Source: Paraspadella gotoi
Lineage: Eukaryota; Animalia; Chaetognatha
Length of the DNA stretch: 64,000 nt
Direction: 5' to 3'
NCBI GenBank assembly: GCA_051294375.1
Contig: CM119268.1
Location: forward strand, 492,415 to 556,414
The notes beneath the pieces were generated by a model. The model was not told where the DNA came from. It did not search any database and was given only the letters and a program-made list of their open reading frames with translations. Position numbers and translations under genes: made by a program. This document shows positions 1-29,385 of the stretch, one piece after another; position 1 is the stretch's first letter; each line of letters starts with the position of its first letter.

Positions 1-758
1 GCATTGACGTTTTCAGAACTGTCACTATTCCAAAAATGAAAGTAACTAACCTTTTGTTATTATGATCTTAATATGTCTTTAAAAATATTAAATATTGACC
101 CCATTTTCAAGACTCAAATCACCGGAGTCATGAAATGCGCGACAGACTTCATGATTCACCGACATAATTCCTTTGAACTTTATGGCGCTGATTTTATGTT
201 GGATGAAGAGTACCATCCATGGCTGCTTGAGGTTAGGTTTTCATAGGGTAAATGAGTAATTGATATATTAATGAATTAGTAAAACGTTGATTGATTCTAG
301 AACAGCAACAACAGGGTTGCGCCTGCGATGCCCAGCTGCATGGGTCATCTGACCTGTTGGCGTTAGAGGATTCCGACCCTCAGAGGCGCAGTTGCCCTCG
401 AACAGTCTAGTTTGCGCCAACGAAGAAGGAAGTCATTAGGACTGTAGACGGAACTTAATGTGTGGGATGGTGTCGTTTCCCCTATGAACCAATGGGATTG
501 ACTGAATGAAGCAATTGCTCAAGAAATCATTAAGGAAATTGATCCAATAGAATCAGTGAATTTATCAAGCAATCTATCAAATATTACTTTTTCTGGCCAA
601 TCTATCAATCAGATCAATGCTTGTCCCGCTCTGAGTGGATCCACGAGTGTTACCAAGCGGTTGTGTCGTTCGGTCATCGAAGACACGATGAAAGTTGTTT
701 TGGATAAAAGATTGGATGACAAGGCAGAGACAGGAGGGTTTGAGTTGCTCTATGAGGT

Positions 759-792
<34 letters not shown>

Positions 793-1233
793 AAGACTCA
801 TGAATTTTTTTTTCCTTCGGGGCAGGAAAGGGGTCCATCAAAAGAGAATTTAAACAAGGAAATTCGTTGCTCAACTTTATTAAAAGTGAGTATTTTATTA
901 AACTTTTTACTTGTTTATCATTAAAAAATTGATTAATAATTAATCATTTTTATATTAACTGTATAGAATTTAATGTTTAGACTTTTTCTTTTTTATTAAA
1001 ATCCTATCCTTTGTGAAAATATTGCAAAATGGGGCGTTTAGGGGAAATAATGCCAAATGGGGGCGTTTTAGGGAAATAATGCCCAACTTTTATAAAAATT
1101 ACAAGATTACCTGTTTTACGGTATTTGTCGTCTTTAGGTAAACGGAATGGCGTTCCACATTGCAGCAGCAAAAAATCAACAAAAGTCACCACCAATGAAA
1201 ACGAGAGAATCGTCGAGACGTCGCACAAATTGA
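1..1233 (+). CDS. TTLL3: Tubulin glycylase TTLL3/TTLL8-like, paralog A (3' part; 5' end outside window)
   Basis: GT-AG exons <1-41, 112-231 ([22 protein letters not shown]), 613-756 (INACPAL...DTMKVVLDKR...TGGFELLY), 826-885, 1138-1233 (TGA). Splice phases are consistent and the motifs match the TTLL3/8 ATP-grasp C-terminus. Confidence 0.9.
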
Positions 1234-1522
1234 CATGGAGCGACATGACATGAAAAAACATGTCATGAAGAGACATGACATGGGAGGACACGACAATAAG
1301 TTCTTACGTTTCTTGTTTTTAAAGATTCAGAAAAAAAAAAAGGTTATATCAGTATGTAGGACATGTCACTTGACGTAAAGCCAACATGATGTAACAGGAG
1401 CGGTTTTTTCAATGAATTATGAGTCAAATGATCTGACTTGTTTTTGTCCAATTGTCAATTTTCTAAAATCTGAGCTGACAGTAATAAATACAGCGTTATT
1501 CTCCAAAAATGTTTTTGTCACT

Positions 1523-1584
<62 letters not shown>

Positions 1585-2097
1585 CGGGTAATAGGAATAT
1601 TTAGGGTCACAAATGTAAAAAACCCAATTTCGTTAAAAGAAAGAACCGAGATTTTATTTTCTCCCCTTCCTTACTACTTTGCATTATTTATTAATTGAGT
1701 GAAAAACTATTTTCGTTGCGTTTTACTTGAGTAGTTTGAATAATATGTCAAGAAATTAGCTTTAAATGAATAATATTAAATGTGACCTTATTAATTATTG
1801 CTGGAGTAGGCCCTTTCTGAGATTATTCAAAAAATATTTTTAAACTTTTTTTGAAAAAAAAAAGAAATATTAGCAACGAAAAAACATTTTAGATTTTTAC
1901 AAATTTAATTGAAAATATTTTTAGGGGAAAGAAGATTACGTTTATTTCTCATGTCTACACTTTTTAAAAGTTTTATGCAATAATTTTTTTTGTTTTTGTT
2001 TATTTACTTTTTATTAAATTAACTATGGATGTAATTAATTATTTAATTAAATAACGAAGAATATTCCCGATATTATCATCGAAGAAAACGTAACACG

Positions 2098-19464
<17,367 letters not shown>

Positions 19465-19503
19465 ATATAAATATTAGGGTAATTGTGCATCGCAACTTTC
19501 ATA

Positions 19504-21039
19504 TAGGGTTCCGATAACCGTTAATTTTTGAGAAATTTCGCTTCACCGTTAAAACTAATATTTTTAACGGTTAACCGTTAAAATCGGTTAATTTTATAAT
19601 TTAACTTGTAGAGAGGAAAAATTTATTTGTTTGTGTTCAACGAATTTTTAGGACATTTTTTCGGACATGTTTTGAGTCTACAATTAGAGTCTTCACAGCA
19701 ATGCTGCAATGATGCTGAAACAAAACAAATAAATTGTTTTCTCTCTAAATTCGAAACACAATGAAATCGAAGTCTATACACAATATATAATTTAACTTAA
19801 ATTTAAAATATTATTATTTAAATCAAACTAAAGTATTTAATAATATTTTATCTTTAACCCTTGCTCCTGAATCTTTTTATCTTCTATTTCAGATAGATAG
19901 GTACACATTTTAAGTTAGTAAATGAAAAATTGGTTTGAGCAAACTATTTTGAATCTACCTATGATAATTTAGCTAATTAGATAATGCATCGTGATAAATC
20001 TTACTTACAAAACTTTTTTTTGCCTCATAGCATAATAAAAATATTTAAAAAGAACAAAGAAAGAAAAACCACAATGTAATTCTAATTCTATGTTTCGTTT
20101 TTTTCTTTCTCTCTCATCTCTTTTTATTTCATTATATCTCTTCATTATTTTTTTAGTTGTTAGTTTCTTGAACGCTTGTTTTCTGTTTTTATTTTTTTAT
20201 AAGCCATAACCATAAATATAAATTATGAATAATAATTTTTGATTGAAAGTATGATTGATCGATTGATCCAAAATTTATTGATTATTAAATATTTTTTTCA
20301 GTTTTATATATAAAAATATATCATGATTGAAGGATAGTTTTAGTTATCCTTAATGTCCATTTTAAGATTAGTTCCTTCTATTATTAATTTTTTTTATTAC
20401 TTTTATTTTATTTAGTTTTTTAATAATTTTTTCATTCATTTTGGTTTTATTTCATATGCTTTCTTGTTTTGTTTAAAGAGTGAAATAAAAAAAATTATAT
20501 ATTATTTTAAATAAAATTTAATTTGTAAGAAATGTATGCAACTATTTGCATGTGCATATATATTATATTTCAATATATTCTTTGATGTAAATGCATAAAA
20601 TTAATTGAAGGAAAAAGAAAAAAATTTGGAGAAAATAAGTAAGAAAAAAAAACACTAGAAGGGAAGAAAAAAAAATGAAAAAGGTAAAAAAGGAGAGAAA
20701 AAGAAAGGGGGAAAGAGGGAGGGGAAAAGAAAGAAAGAAAAAGAAAGGTACAAAAGGAGATTAGTATAGAAAAAAGATTAAAAGGGTTGAAAATAACAAA
20801 GGAAAAATGGAAAAGAGAGAGAGAGGTGAAAAAATATGGTGAGAAAAAGAGAGGAGAATAAGAGAGGACAAGAAAAAATTATTTTTCTTTTAAAAAATCA
20901 AAGATTTTATACCAAAAAATAAAAAAATCATATTTAAAAATTAACCGAATTTAACCGTTAAATAAATATATTAACGGTTAGGTTAAAATTATTTTTAACC
21001 GTTAATAACCGTTAACTGTTAACGGTTATCGTAACCCTA
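19504..21039. mobile_element. Non-autonomous hAT-type DNA transposon, second copy
   Basis: Same TIR family, perfect 8-bp TSD CTTTCATA, internal sequence homologous to 13920-15133. Confidence 0.9.
19608..19785 (-). mobile_element. Penelope-like inverted fragment nested in the second hAT element
   Basis: Internal ~30-bp inverted repeat (TAGAGAG...ATTTATTTGTTT), flanking duplication TATAATTTAACTT, very degenerate hammerhead-like motif on the minus strand. Confidence 0.45.
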
Positions 21040-21806
21040 CTTTCATAAGCATCTAGCTAGTATCATTCAAATCATTAATTAGCTAGTATCATTCAAATCT
21101 TTAATTAGCGAGTATCATTTAAATCATTAAATAGCTATTATCATTCAAATCATCAATTAGCTAGTATCATTCAAATCATTAATCAGATATTAAATTAATG
21201 TTTAATACCCAGACGGCAAAGCATCTTCCTCTCAACTAGTTTATACCGACGGTGAAGTCATTAAACCGACAGTGACCGACAAGCATTCCCGAATCAACAG
21301 CGCAATCTGTCGGCGAGAAAATGGATTCTTTTGAGCATTAGAAGTTTAAGGCTGATGATTAGAAAAATATTTGTCAAAGAATAACGGATAACGAGAATTA
21401 AAACTAAATAAAATCCAAAGAATTAAATAAAAAATGTTTTAAACGCTGGTAAGTTTGTGTAGGGGGTCAATTTACTGTAAATATGGCAAAGTAAATAATG
21501 ATAAACCTTGCTTCAGATCCAGTACCATGGATACTCGCCTGCTAAACATTGAATGCAATCTTGAAAAAAAATTAGTATTTAAACAAAAAAGTTAGATGTA
21601 CTTCAATAGACTTAAAATTCTATTCACAAATGACAATGCATAATTGCGTTAGTTTAAAAAATTATAACAAAATAGTACTTTCAACTTTCTCCCTCTCATA
21701 ATTTTTTCATCTCTTGCAAATATTCTCTTTTAATGATCAGTCAAGTCCAATGACTTCAGGCTAACTAATTATCAATTATTGATGATTAAGATTTAATATT
21801 AACATT

Positions 21807-22039
21807 TGAAGAGACAGTAATTATTGATAAGTGTTAATGACAGAACCGTTCAATATAAGCAGTCCCTGAGCTTCGGATCAGGCTGTAACACCTTGTTACA
21901 GGCGGGTTAAGCGCCCCGTCCCTCTTAACTGCCAGACGACCACCGGGCTAGAACCCCGGACCTTTGGGTTGGGAGGCGAATGACTTGCCTCCGGCACCAA
22001 TGGCCGCTGATGAACGGTTGGTGGATTTTAGTCCACCAT
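21807..22039 (-). mobile_element. Family-1 tRNA-like + twister element, 5-bp TSD ACATT
   Basis: Near-identical reverse complement of 24528-24760. ACATT at 21802-21806 and 22040-22044. Confidence 0.85.
21859..21932 (-). ncRNA. P5-type twister ribozyme candidate
   Basis: GCAGTT AA GAGG GA CGG GGCGCT TAA CCC GC CTGTAACA-agg-TGTTACAG CCTGA TCCGAAGC TCAGG GACTGC; T1 is CGG/CCG. Confidence 0.75.
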
Positions 22040-22058
22040 ACATTCAACAAACTTAAAC

Positions 22059-23463
22059 TCAGCATCTATCCTTCGTCCAAAATTCGTGAATGTTTTCTAC
22101 CCATTCCGGTCCTCGAGAATCGTCGTTTAAAGCCTCACAGAGTTCACAAAAGGCCTTATTGTTATTTCCCTCTGGATACGAAAGGACGAAATACTTTTTC
22201 CTCCACTCGTGATACTTCAAATAAAGATTGTCGTCGGAATCAAGCTGCTTGATATATTCCGCCAACTTTTCCGGTTCGTAGAGTCGCGCGTCTATGAATG
22301 AATTCGGTGGCGCGTCAGACTTATAATCTGCGGCTCCATAGACTATGGGAACCATCGTTGTCATCGCTAAAATATTCCACAATTTCTCAGTCACGTAATC
22401 TTGACAGAGGGAATTTTCAAAGGACAAGTAAAACTTGTATTTTTTGGAGGCGTCGACGAGGCATTGGAGGCTCTTGGTCCGAGCGCACTTCCTCTCTCCG
22501 CATCGGCCGTAAACGTCCACGGGTATGTGACGACGTAATTCGGCCACGTAGCCTTCTCGATGACTTTCCGTCTCGCAATGAGACGCCATCCACGCTACGA
22601 TGGTCGACGACGCGGGCTTGAGAAATAAATTTCGATCCAACGGTTCAGAATCGGGGCTCGCCTTTCGATAAGTCTTTCCGTATGGAGCGAAAAAATCACT
22701 ATCTTTGTAATAAGTCATCGTCCAGTTGAATACATCACCGAAAGGCCGGAGATCGCAAAAGGTGAGTCCGACTGGTTCTTTGAGAAAAAATACCCATCGC
22801 TGATTGGTCGATTTCGAGCCGGGTAAGTCGCGAAAGGGAACGAGGGTGTTCACGCTTAAAGTCTTTTGAATATTCGTTGGGTGAAAGATGACAGCGTCGG
22901 CGTCTAGCAGACGATTTCTGTCGGTAGTTGTCTCGCAGTTACTGACTTGGCAAAAGTTGTCGGTAAAGGGTTTGGACCCCAGACCGAAATTGTAGTCCGG
23001 GATATTGTAGTAGGGATCCCAGAACAGGATGACCTATGGGTTATATTTTACGAAAGCGACTCGTTTCACATTAAATAAGTTTAAATTTCGGTAAAAGGAT
23101 ATAAATTAGGGGTAGGGATTAGGGATTTGGTTAAAGATTTAATATAGAATCATGGTTTGGGATTAAAGTTTTGGGTTAAAAGCTTATAGAAATGAGTCGT
23201 TTTTGAGAAATAGTGCCGACCTTGATAGGTTTAGAAAAATGGACGGAATTTGAAAAAATGTTTTGAAAATTCGAGCGACGATGATTTTTGGTGGCAAAAT
23301 ATTTGAGTCGAAAAGAAATAAAAGTTGACAATTTTAAAGTGAGATGAAAAAAAAATAAGAAAACGAAAGTCGTTGAAATATTGAGGAATAATTTAGATTT
23401 AAGTTTTAATTTTGAGAATTTTCGGTGGTCGGTAGGAATATGCTCCATGTTAATATATGGCAT
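22059..23463 (-). CDS. Alpha-1,3-fucosyltransferase (GT10), type II Golgi membrane protein, ~405 aa
   Basis: Exon 23463-23221 (ATG, basic tail, hydrophobic LFLNISTTFVFLFFFHLTL, ends KPIK|gt) splices in phase 0 to 23033-22059 (VILFWD..., ADAVIFH, QRWVFFLKEP, FNWTMTY..DSD..APYG, VAWMASHC, VDVYGRCG, YKFYLSFENSLCQDYVTEKLW, VPIVYG, PPNSFID). Confidence 0.93.
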
Positions 23464-23604
23464 TGCGTAAACTGATATTGAATCAGTTAATTTGTAAATT
23501 ATTTAAAGTTTTTCGTTTTTTAGTAAAAGATGCAGTTGGGAAAATTTGAATTCTGAAGATAATTGAAGAAAGAAACAAAGATACTGGTCTTTGCAAGAAA
23601 CCGG

Positions 23605-23642
<38 letters not shown>

Positions 23643-24527
23643 GAGAGAGAGAGAGAGAGAGAGCTTCCCGACTTAAAATCAGGTTTTAGCAATTGACACA
23701 AGCGGGCGTCTTTCCATGCGAAGTCATTTATTACTAAATGAAATATAAAATTCCCATGTATTTTTAATTAGCTTTGGACGGAAGATTCCAATTTCTAATA
23801 GAAAATTGTAGATTATCCCAAACAACAAAAAGGTAACGGAGTACAATATAAGTGGTCTTTTCATACAATTGAAACTTTCTTTGAAACATTATACCACTTC
23901 ATTGATTCTTGATTGAAAGCTTGCAGTGACCTGCTATGTGTTATAAGAGAGATGGAGGCCTAAAACCACCATAGCCTGGCCAAATTCAGGGGCAAGATAG
24001 CTTATTTATTAAATGAAGGGATAATTTTGTATTTTGGTTGTACCAATTTCATATTATATACATCATATGTCCATTGTGAAACTTAAGAGCTGTTCTTATG
24101 TTGAGCTAAATTAGTGCGAAATCACTGAAAGAGGTCGGGTTACCTCAACAACGGAATGAAAACAAAACAAAAGGCATCGTTTTCAGTTTTTAATTTTCAT
24201 GAGGAGATTATTCGCTGCCGTATCAAAAATTCCTTAAAATTGTGAATGAATATATATGTAAATAATCTGTTGTATTTTCTATGCCTGCGGGGTCGGTTAA
24301 TATTATTCCCTATAGTTTTTTTTTCTATTAAAACCTAATTTAATAATTATTAAATAAAAAACTTGCTATAATTTTAACTGAAATGGGTTTATAAAACAAG
24401 TTAACCAGCATTAAAATTATTTTAAAACTTTCTAATCTTTTAATTAAAAAATTGTTAATTGTTGTCAATTTATGCAATAATTTATATCAAATTTGTTTTA
24501 AACAAGCAAAGCATATTTTTTTTGCCT

Positions 24528-24760
24528 ATGGTGGACTAAAATCCACCAACCGTTCATCAGCGGCCATTGGTGCCGGAGGCAAGTCAGTCGCCTCCCAACC
24601 CAAAGGTCCGGGATTCTAGCCCGGTGGTCGTCTGGCAGTTAAGAGGGACGGGGCGCTTAACCCGCCTGTAACTCGGTGTTACAGCCTGATCCGAAGCTCA
24701 GGGACTGCTTATATTGAACGGTTCTGTCACTAACTCATAACAATAATTACTGTCTCTTCA
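24528..24760 (+). mobile_element. Family-1 tRNA-like + twister element, 5-bp TSD TGCCT
   Basis: 5' hairpin TGGTGGA-ctaaaa-TCCACCA; tRNA-like region 24560-24631 (A-box-like TGGTGCCGGAGG, CTCCCAA loop, B-box-like GGATTCTAGCCC); TGCCT at 24523-24527 and 24761-24765. Confidence 0.85.
24635..24708 (+). ncRNA. P5-type twister ribozyme candidate
   Basis: Same fold as 21859-21932; predicted scissile bond between U24658 and A24659. Confidence 0.75.
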
Positions 24761-25149
24761 TGCCTCTATTTGAACAACTAATAAGAAATCCATAAAAAGA
24801 TTAGGTCTCTTAAAATTGTTTGTTCGGTTCTGTTACCCTTGCACTTATATCCATATCGTTAATATATCTCCCTTATATACATTAAAGTACTTTCCTCACA
24901 AAAAATTAATAAAATAATAAATATTCTGCATTCAGGCAGAAAAATAGCCAGACAGATGATTTTTTTTTCAAATTTTCAGATTAATCATGACGTTCCCTTA
25001 AACGAGACTAAAGAAAAAAGAGATTAAAAAAATTGTTACATCTCATCTCGACTATATTTTTTTAAGGGAAACACATATTTTTTTTTATTTTAAAAAAATA
25101 GGAAAAAAATTACATTCCAAGTTTAAGATATACAAACGAACGTTAAAAA

Positions 25150-26265
25150 ATGTCTGGTGGAGAAAAAGATTTTGGAGAAATAGACGAATTAGGAATAAAA
25201 AGGTAAGAGATGCATTGTGACGCATTGTGGTGCTTTTCGTTCATCGTGATAGTGATAAATCTAAAGATATTCTGATACAACATGACTCATTGTGATAAAT
25301 ATATATGTTTCATAAGGCATTTAGAAAGTCATGGCTCATCTTAACTAATAACTACCAAATACTAATAGCAATTAATCTAGATAAATCATAAGACATTGTG
25401 ATACATTATGACTTATCTTGACTCATTATGACGCTTCTAGTTAAACATGTTCTATCTTATAGCAAATGGCGCAGAGCAACGCTTAGTGACGCATAGTTAT
25501 GTATTTGTTATTTGTGAAATAAGTGTTCACTGACTTATTATCAGATTTTTTTTTGTTTAACTTTTTACCAGGAAAAAAAGCGAAATTTCTAACGACTTCA
25601 AAGACAACGACGATGACGATGACGACGACGACGGCGACGGCGACGACGACGAAGAATATCAACATAACCTCATCGAAGCCAAAGCGTCAGTAGAGCTCTC
25701 TCTCTCAAAAGCAACTGATTACTTTTTACTTAAGAAGCAAATTAGATTTTGTATTGAATTAATCATTAATTTTGATATAATTAATTTCAATATGGGAAAG
25801 ACTTTTAAATAGTGTCGTCAGTTTATGTAATGACGACGTCGAATGTCCAAATAAAATTGCTTTAAAAAAACAACTTAATATAATAATGATAATAAAAATA
25901 AATATAATAATAATATTAATAATAATAATAATAATAATAAATATAATAATAATAATAATAATAATAAAATAATAATAATAAAAATAATAATAAATAATAA
26001 TAATAAATAATAATAATAATAATAATAAATAATAATAATTAATATATAATAATAAAAATATATAATAAAAAATATGATATAAAATATAATAATAATAATA
26101 TAATAATAATAATAATAATAATAATAAAATATAATATATAATAATAATAATAATAATAAAAAAATAATAATAATAATAATAAAATAATAATAATAATTAA
26201 ATAATATAATATAATAATAATAATATATATAATAAAAAAAATAATAATAAAATAATAATGATAAT

Positions 26266-26297
<32 letters not shown>

Positions 26298-28955
26298 TAA
26301 TATAATAATAATAATAAATAAAATAAAATATAAAAATAATATAATATATAATAATAATAATATAAATAATAATAATAATAATAAAATAATAAAAAAATCT
26401 TAAAAGCATAAGGATCAAGCCATGATGATAGTCATTCATTGATGCGATGATAGTCATTCCTTCATCGTAAATAAAACAAACAAATGCGTGTATGAGTAAA
26501 GAGAGAGAGAAGAGAGAGAGAGAAGAGGAGAGAAGAGAAGAGGCTGGACAGTTTTCCCGCCAACGAAACGCAATACAGAATTTTTAGGGAAAAAATCCAC
26601 GAAAATCTCGGATGTAAATTTGGGATTTTGTATTGAGAAAAAGCGCGGAATAAATGGCGATAAAAAAGTTTTTAGAAGGAAAAAAAGAGAGAGAGAGAGA
26701 GAGGAGAGAGAGAGAAGAGAGAGAAAGGAGAGAGAGAGAAGCTGGACAGCCGCTGAGACCGCCGCTGGACCGCCGCTGCAGAGCTGAACTCATTTTCCGA
26801 CGAATATGAGTAGGGACGAACTCTTTCCTTTCTAAAAAAAATATTACAAAATAAATATTTGGGTATAGAGCCATATAAGAAATTTTTTGTACATTGAAAG
26901 TAAACTTAAAAATGCATAAATTTTTGTTTGAGCATGTTCCATACTAAATTTTTGATTCACCCCATTGAGAGGGGCTACCCTATTCAGAAGAAAAAAAACT
27001 TGATAAAGCTAAACTCTTTTCAATAATAATGATCCAAAAATTATAATCCTATTAACAAAATATATAGTTGAAAATACTCAGTTAACGACTAGATATTTTG
27101 AATTCCAAATATTTTTTTTTCCTCATTTTAAAAAATTTTAATCTTGAATGAAATTTTTGATTGTTCTTTTTTTAGGAAGAAACCAGACCAAGGTCAAATT
27201 TTATATTTGCATATTTAATTAATTTATAAATAGTTTCACAACTCAAATATTATTATTTAAAAAAAAGATAAAATGATTAAATATAACAATAAAATATTTA
27301 TAATTTAATAATAGTATAAATTATCAGAATAACAAAAAAAGTAATGTTTAATTTGACTATATCTCTCTTATCAACTCCTATTTTAGATAAATTTGCCAAT
27401 AGTGGGCAACCGGTTCAAATTACAATAATAATAAATAATACAAATTTATTTTTTTTAAATGTAATGCATATTGTTCGCCGAAAGTGCTGATATATAATAT
27501 AGTCACATTAGCTGATTTACATGTGACAATGCATGTCAATATAAGTTATTCTTCACATTTTTTAAAATGTATCCACGAAAATCTCGGATGTAAATTTGGG
27601 ATTTTGTATTGAGAAAAAAGCCCCGAATAAAAGTTTTTAGAAAAAAAAAAGAACGATCACGCAAGAGATCGTAAAAGAGAGAAAGAGACAGAAAGAGAAG
27701 AGAGAGAAAGAGAGAGAAAGAGAGACAAGCTGGACAGCTGCTTGAAGGCCGCTGTATAGTCAGTGCAGAAACTGAACTCGTTTTTCTTGAAATAAAAGAA
27801 TAAAAGAAATAAAGAAATAAAAGAAAGGCAAAAAATGTTACAATGGTTTACAATTGATTTTTCCAATTTTTTCCAATCGCAGCTTGTAAAAGATTTATTT
27901 TTATTGTATTAAAAGTAAGATATAGCTTCTCTCATTAAAAAGTTATTTTGAGTTCCCATTTTTATTAGAGATTTAAAAAAAATTTTTGGAATTTCATCTT
28001 CAATATTATATACTGCAATATGTAAATTAGATTAAAGCATTTCTATATACTAATTTGGATATGATAATGAGTACTATAATCTCATTTGCATATTGCAGTA
28101 AATCATAATGAAGTGGAAATTCAAACAAAAAACTTAAATCCAAATGTAATAAGAAAATATCAAAGCTATTTCAAGATGAGAAGCCATATCTAAATTTTAA
28201 CTCTACTATGAATGCACACTTTTGTAAAACTTTATCATAATTCATAATAATTTTTATTTAAAAAAACGGTAAGTCACAGCCAAACCTATAAAAGGTAGTA
28301 GTTTTTATTTAAAACACGTGACGGCCGACGACGACGACGGACGACGACACCTACGTCACAAAGAAGCACCCGAATCAATATCAAGCCTGAACCGTTCGCC
28401 GTCATGGCTTGATAAGAATAAAAAAACAATAATTAATTTTTAATTCAGGATCAATGAGGAAGCGTTGATGAAATTCTGCGAACAAAATATCTTGAAAGAA
28501 AAATTGGACAAAGATAACGAAAAGGCCAATGATGAACAAATGGCCATTGATGATAAAATGGCCACTGATGAACAAATGGTCATTGATGATAAATTGGCCA
28601 ATGATAAACAAATGGCCATTGATGATAAAATGGCCATTGATGAACAAATGGCCACTGATGAACAAATGGCCATTGATGATAAAATGGCCAATGATGAACA
28701 AATGGCCACTGATGACAAAATGTCCCACGGAGACGAGATGAAGAATTACGTCGAGTCTGAGGAGAAAAAGAAAATGAAAATGGGGTCCGTTGAAAATATT
28801 CATTTGTTCATTTTATGGTCATAATTATTAATCATTATTATTAATATTAATTAATATTATTAATATCTTTTTATTTAATTTTATTCGTTGTTTGGTTTTT
28901 TTCTCTCAGTGAAGGAGACGATTCTGGCGAAGTCAAGAAAGTTCCCAAAAAGTAG
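25150..28955 (+). CDS. Uncharacterised acidic protein (~182 aa) with a poly-D tract and 11 hexapeptide repeats
   Basis: Exons 25150-25202, 25572-25685, 28449-28784 and 28910-28955 join through three phase-2 GT-AG introns into an ORF from ATG to TAG. No family recognised. Confidence 0.6.
25880..26395. repeat. (AAT)n microsatellite
   Basis: Imperfect AAT repeats. Confidence 0.95.
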
Positions 28956-29385
28956 AGTTTATTAGTAGATCAATCAACCAATCAATCGTGTTTTATTGAT
29001 CGTACTGTTTTGATTCTTTCCTTTCGTTGTGTTGGTAGCATTAAAATTTAAAGGGAAAAAGTTTTTTTAAACAACAAATTTATTTAACATGAAAATGGAC
29101 ATCTTTCGTCTTCAATGTAAGCCTTCATCAGCGCAAAATTCATTTTTATGTTAAATAAATTCGTTGTTTAAAAAAAACTTTTCTCCTTTAATTTATTGTA
29201 ATGAATTTTATGAACAGAGCGACGACCTGTGGGACTCAGACTATGTGGCTCACGCCTAGACGACCGACGGGGAAAGGGTGAGAAAAAAAGAGAGAGAGGG
29301 AGAGAGATATAAAGAGAGAGAAAAAATAGAGAGAGAGAGGGAGAGAGATAGAGAGAGGGAGAAAGAGAGAGACAGAGAGAGAGAG

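Noticed and set aside
300-486. GC-rich intronic insert with small hairpins
   Set aside because: Single copy in the window; no ribozyme core, TSD or ORF could be established. Probably a TE fragment.
22006-22045. Hammerhead from CTGATGA plus a hairpin
   Set aside because: No GAAA or stem III follows; it is the antisense of the family-1 leader.
24560-24631. tRNA-Gly(CCC) gene
   Set aside because: The anticodon stem does not pair and the sequence lies inside a TSD-flanked repeat; it is a tRNA-derived module, not a tRNA.
26596-27790. ~200-bp direct repeats (26596-26795 and 27571-27785) as an LTR pair
   Set aside because: No TG..CA ends, PBS or TSD recognised; likely a local duplication in low-quality sequence.
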